DNA of 64,000 nucleotides from Selaginella moellendorffii (Eukaryota; Plantae; Lycopodiophyta): NCBI RefSeq assembly GCF_000143415.4, contig NW_003314408.1, positions 180,320 to 244,319 of the forward strand, read 5' to 3'. Shown piece by piece: positions 59,440 to 64,000 of this stretch (position 1 is its first letter; each line of letters starts with the position of its first letter). The notes under the pieces were generated by a model. It saw only the letters and a program-made list of their open reading frames with translations, ran no database searches and was not told where the DNA came from. The position numbers and the translations under genes were made by a program.

Positions 59440-59650
59440 CATGTTGGCATATGCGTAACTCCGGGCTAGTTTCAGGTGGCACCGACGATCATGTCTCCAC
59501 ATTTGGTGATGTATGATCATCATGTTCCAAGAAAAGACGAGCAATGGACTCAAGGTAGCCGCATTTCCCATATGCCTCGACAAGGAGGCTGTTGAAGGAG
59601 CGAGCCGTAGAGGCAATGGAGATTGTCAGCTTGGAGCTTGTAAGTGAAAG
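59440..59650 (-). pseudogene. Degenerate tandem copy of the 5' part of the adjacent PPR gene
   Basis: ggtagccgcatttcccatatgcctcgacaaggagg and gagcaatggactcaa repeat sequence from 59130-59345, with deletions. Confidence 0.7.
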
Positions 59651-59739
59651 TGTCAACAGATTTTTATTATTAGAAAAGTTATGATAAAATACTTAAAGTG
59701 TTATAAAGGTTTCAAAGGAATTGATGACTTTGTTTATGA

Positions 59740-59743
<4 letters not shown>

Positions 59744-59793
<50 letters not shown>

Positions 59794-59795
59794 CA
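59744..59795. repeat. (TA)n followed by (CA)n microsatellite
   Basis: Direct reading. Confidence 0.9.
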
Positions 59796-62016
59796 ACTCC
59801 GTCAAAAGTAAATTTATAAGAGATTAAATGTTTCACTCAAATATGGATAAAAATGTGTAAAATAAAGACATTTCATATATTTATTATAATGGTATTTTTA
59901 GTTAAAGTTAAAAGTATAAATTACGATTTAAGTAATGAAGTTAAAATTCATTATGGATACTGATATTAAATGCTATTTTTTAAAAGTAGATAAGTATAAT
60001 TTTGGAACATTAATATTTGGTTTATTACTTTATTTTGATGTGCTATAAATAAAAATAATGTTTTCGTTGATTTAGTTGTATATAAATTTACATGGAGAAT
60101 CAAAAATGTAAATATTGGTATCCATGATGATGGAATTTCTAAAATGATAAAAACAAATTGTTGAGCAGCATACATAGAGTTTATTAAAGCTCTGTAATAA
60201 ATAAATAAATAAATACTCAGAATTTTGATATATTAAACTTGAATTTTATTAATTTTAAATTTAATATATATTTTTAGGAGCTCATTGTTAAAAGAAGGGA
60301 AAACAACAAAACTACTAATAAAATACTAAAGAAAAAAAGAATAAAAGATGGATTTTAATCCAAAAACGTAATTAAATTTGGGGGTAGGGCATAGAATTTA
60401 GTAAATCAAGTATTTAAAAAAAAACACTTATGTTTTGAATTGTTAAAACACTTGGAGTGTGATACCAAAAATAATATTTACATGTAAAACTTTCTTTGAA
60501 AACTTCTTTACAGCTCAGTGCCATATAGGACAATTCATTTGCCTATATGATTGCACTAGCTTTAGGGCCTAAGTTTGACCAAAGAAAGGCAAAAGGGAGA
60601 AAGCTATTGTTCTTCTTTGTTGCTTTTTCAATCACGTCTCAACTATCTATACATTGTTATTATCAACAAGGCACACTACATGGCTTAAATAAACACTTAA
60701 ATTCTTGCATGGCATGGACTTTCCTTCTTCTTGATTGTTCTTGTGATCTTCTAGTAGTAATGTTGGGGAATTTGGGGTACTTGCAAACATGTACACTAGT
60801 TTATTGAGCATGCCTAGGCCTGCTGTAAATTAGCTGCTCCAGCTCCAAAGAGCTGGAGAAAAACAGAATTCCCCTAACAAGTGATAGGCTAAAAGCATTG
60901 ATTGAGAGAGAGAATGGCTTAGGTAGGAAAAGAAAAATGGGAAGAAAGTCTGGAGTGTCACTAGTAGCATTTTTGGATTGCAACTGTGCTCTTGGACATT
61001 CCTGGCTGATTTTGAGGGATTCCCACCTGATGAAGAATGGGATTTCTTGGCTTAACCATAGCTATTGAGGATTGAATAGATTTACTTAACAAAGAGTATT
61101 TACATGGTTGGTTGTACATGTAGCATGAAATATTTTCATATATGGCATGCCCGAATGCCAATATTATCACATTTTGATTACTATATTATAGAATTCAAAA
61201 TATGATTGTGTACATTATAATATTTTGTGGAATAAAAACTGTAGACAGAAATTTTCACAAAATTTATAATAAGGGACTTCGTATGTAGATCTATGCAGAT
61301 CTAATAAAACATCACACAAGGGCCACAGTCATTTAACATAAATGTGTAAAAGCAAACTAAATTTATATGGATAGAATGGGTAAAGCCATATAATTTAACA
61401 CTCTTCTTTTGTGTGCATAGTATGTGCAGTCCTTTGCAATGACTATACCATATTCTATCTTAAATTTCTTAAAACATAAATAATTTAGCAACACTACATT
61501 TTATAAATAATAACCTTACCATATTAGATGATGTAAAATTAAACTGTTTTTTCAATGTTTTATACCAATTCCTAATAAACTTTCAAATTGGAAAACTGTT
61601 CTATTAAACAAAAGTAAGCATATTTACCATAACTAAAGCTAGTGGCATTGATTTGCTTACAAATGCAACTATAGATCTCTTATTCTTTATATAAAACTTA
61701 ATCTTCAAAATATCAATAATCCAAAACATATTCACTGTTTAATAAATAATTATAAATTAATTATTTTAAGAATATTCTAAGAAATTCGAACCAGAAATAA
61801 CTTAAAAGGGGAAAAGCTATTTAGAATTATTTGACCTGTTAATTGCTATGGCAGCTAAATTTTGACTGGCTGGGACGAGTAGGTTCCGGTCAAGCGGAGG
61901 CAGCAGCGGGTTTTCTACAAACAGGTGGGTCGCCGCGCGCGGATCCCTATAATCCTTCTCTCCTCTGGTTTGGTTTCTAGGCTTGAGTGAATGTTTTGAG
62001 CATCGCCAGTAACAAT

Positions 62017-64000
<1,984 letters not shown>

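Noticed and set aside
60550-61200. Possible decayed MULE/SWIM transposase fragment (GMPYENISC on the minus strand)
   Set aside because: The resemblance rests on a few residues with the key Cys/His mutated; insufficient evidence.

Overview
Eukaryotic plant genomic DNA. It is very compact, with introns of about 45-70 nt, short intergenic gaps, many PLS-type PPR genes built from 31-aa repeats, and cilium/centriole genes. This combination points to a flagellated-sperm land plant, most likely the lycophyte Selaginella (inference). The window runs: decayed Copia-like remnant; deleted paralog of an alpha-crystallin-domain gene; PPR pseudogene; intronless secreted 10-Cys KP4 killer-toxin-like gene; purple acid phosphatase; three tightly packed PPR genes; DUF455; tRNA-Ser(AGA); mitochondrial P-class PPR; plastid DnaJ; divergent RGP/UAM; orphan C2H2 protein; SCL3-like GRAS; RSS3-like bHLH-MYC_N gene; two overlapping PPR genes; CFAP20/BUG22; reticulon; CEP164-like; Aux/IAA; LYR/FMC1-like; alpha-1,4-fucosyltransferase; a mitochondrial-type protein with tandem HSP20/ACD domains; a mosaic of gene fragments (Ecd/SGT1, VIT-like, unknown, FUT13); another PPR; and EPSPS, cut by the window end. 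The strongest candidates for novelty are the fungal-type KP4-like toxin gene and the multi-ACD gene family with its gene-fragment neighbourhood. Exon structures were read by eye and family calls come from remembered motifs, not from database searches.
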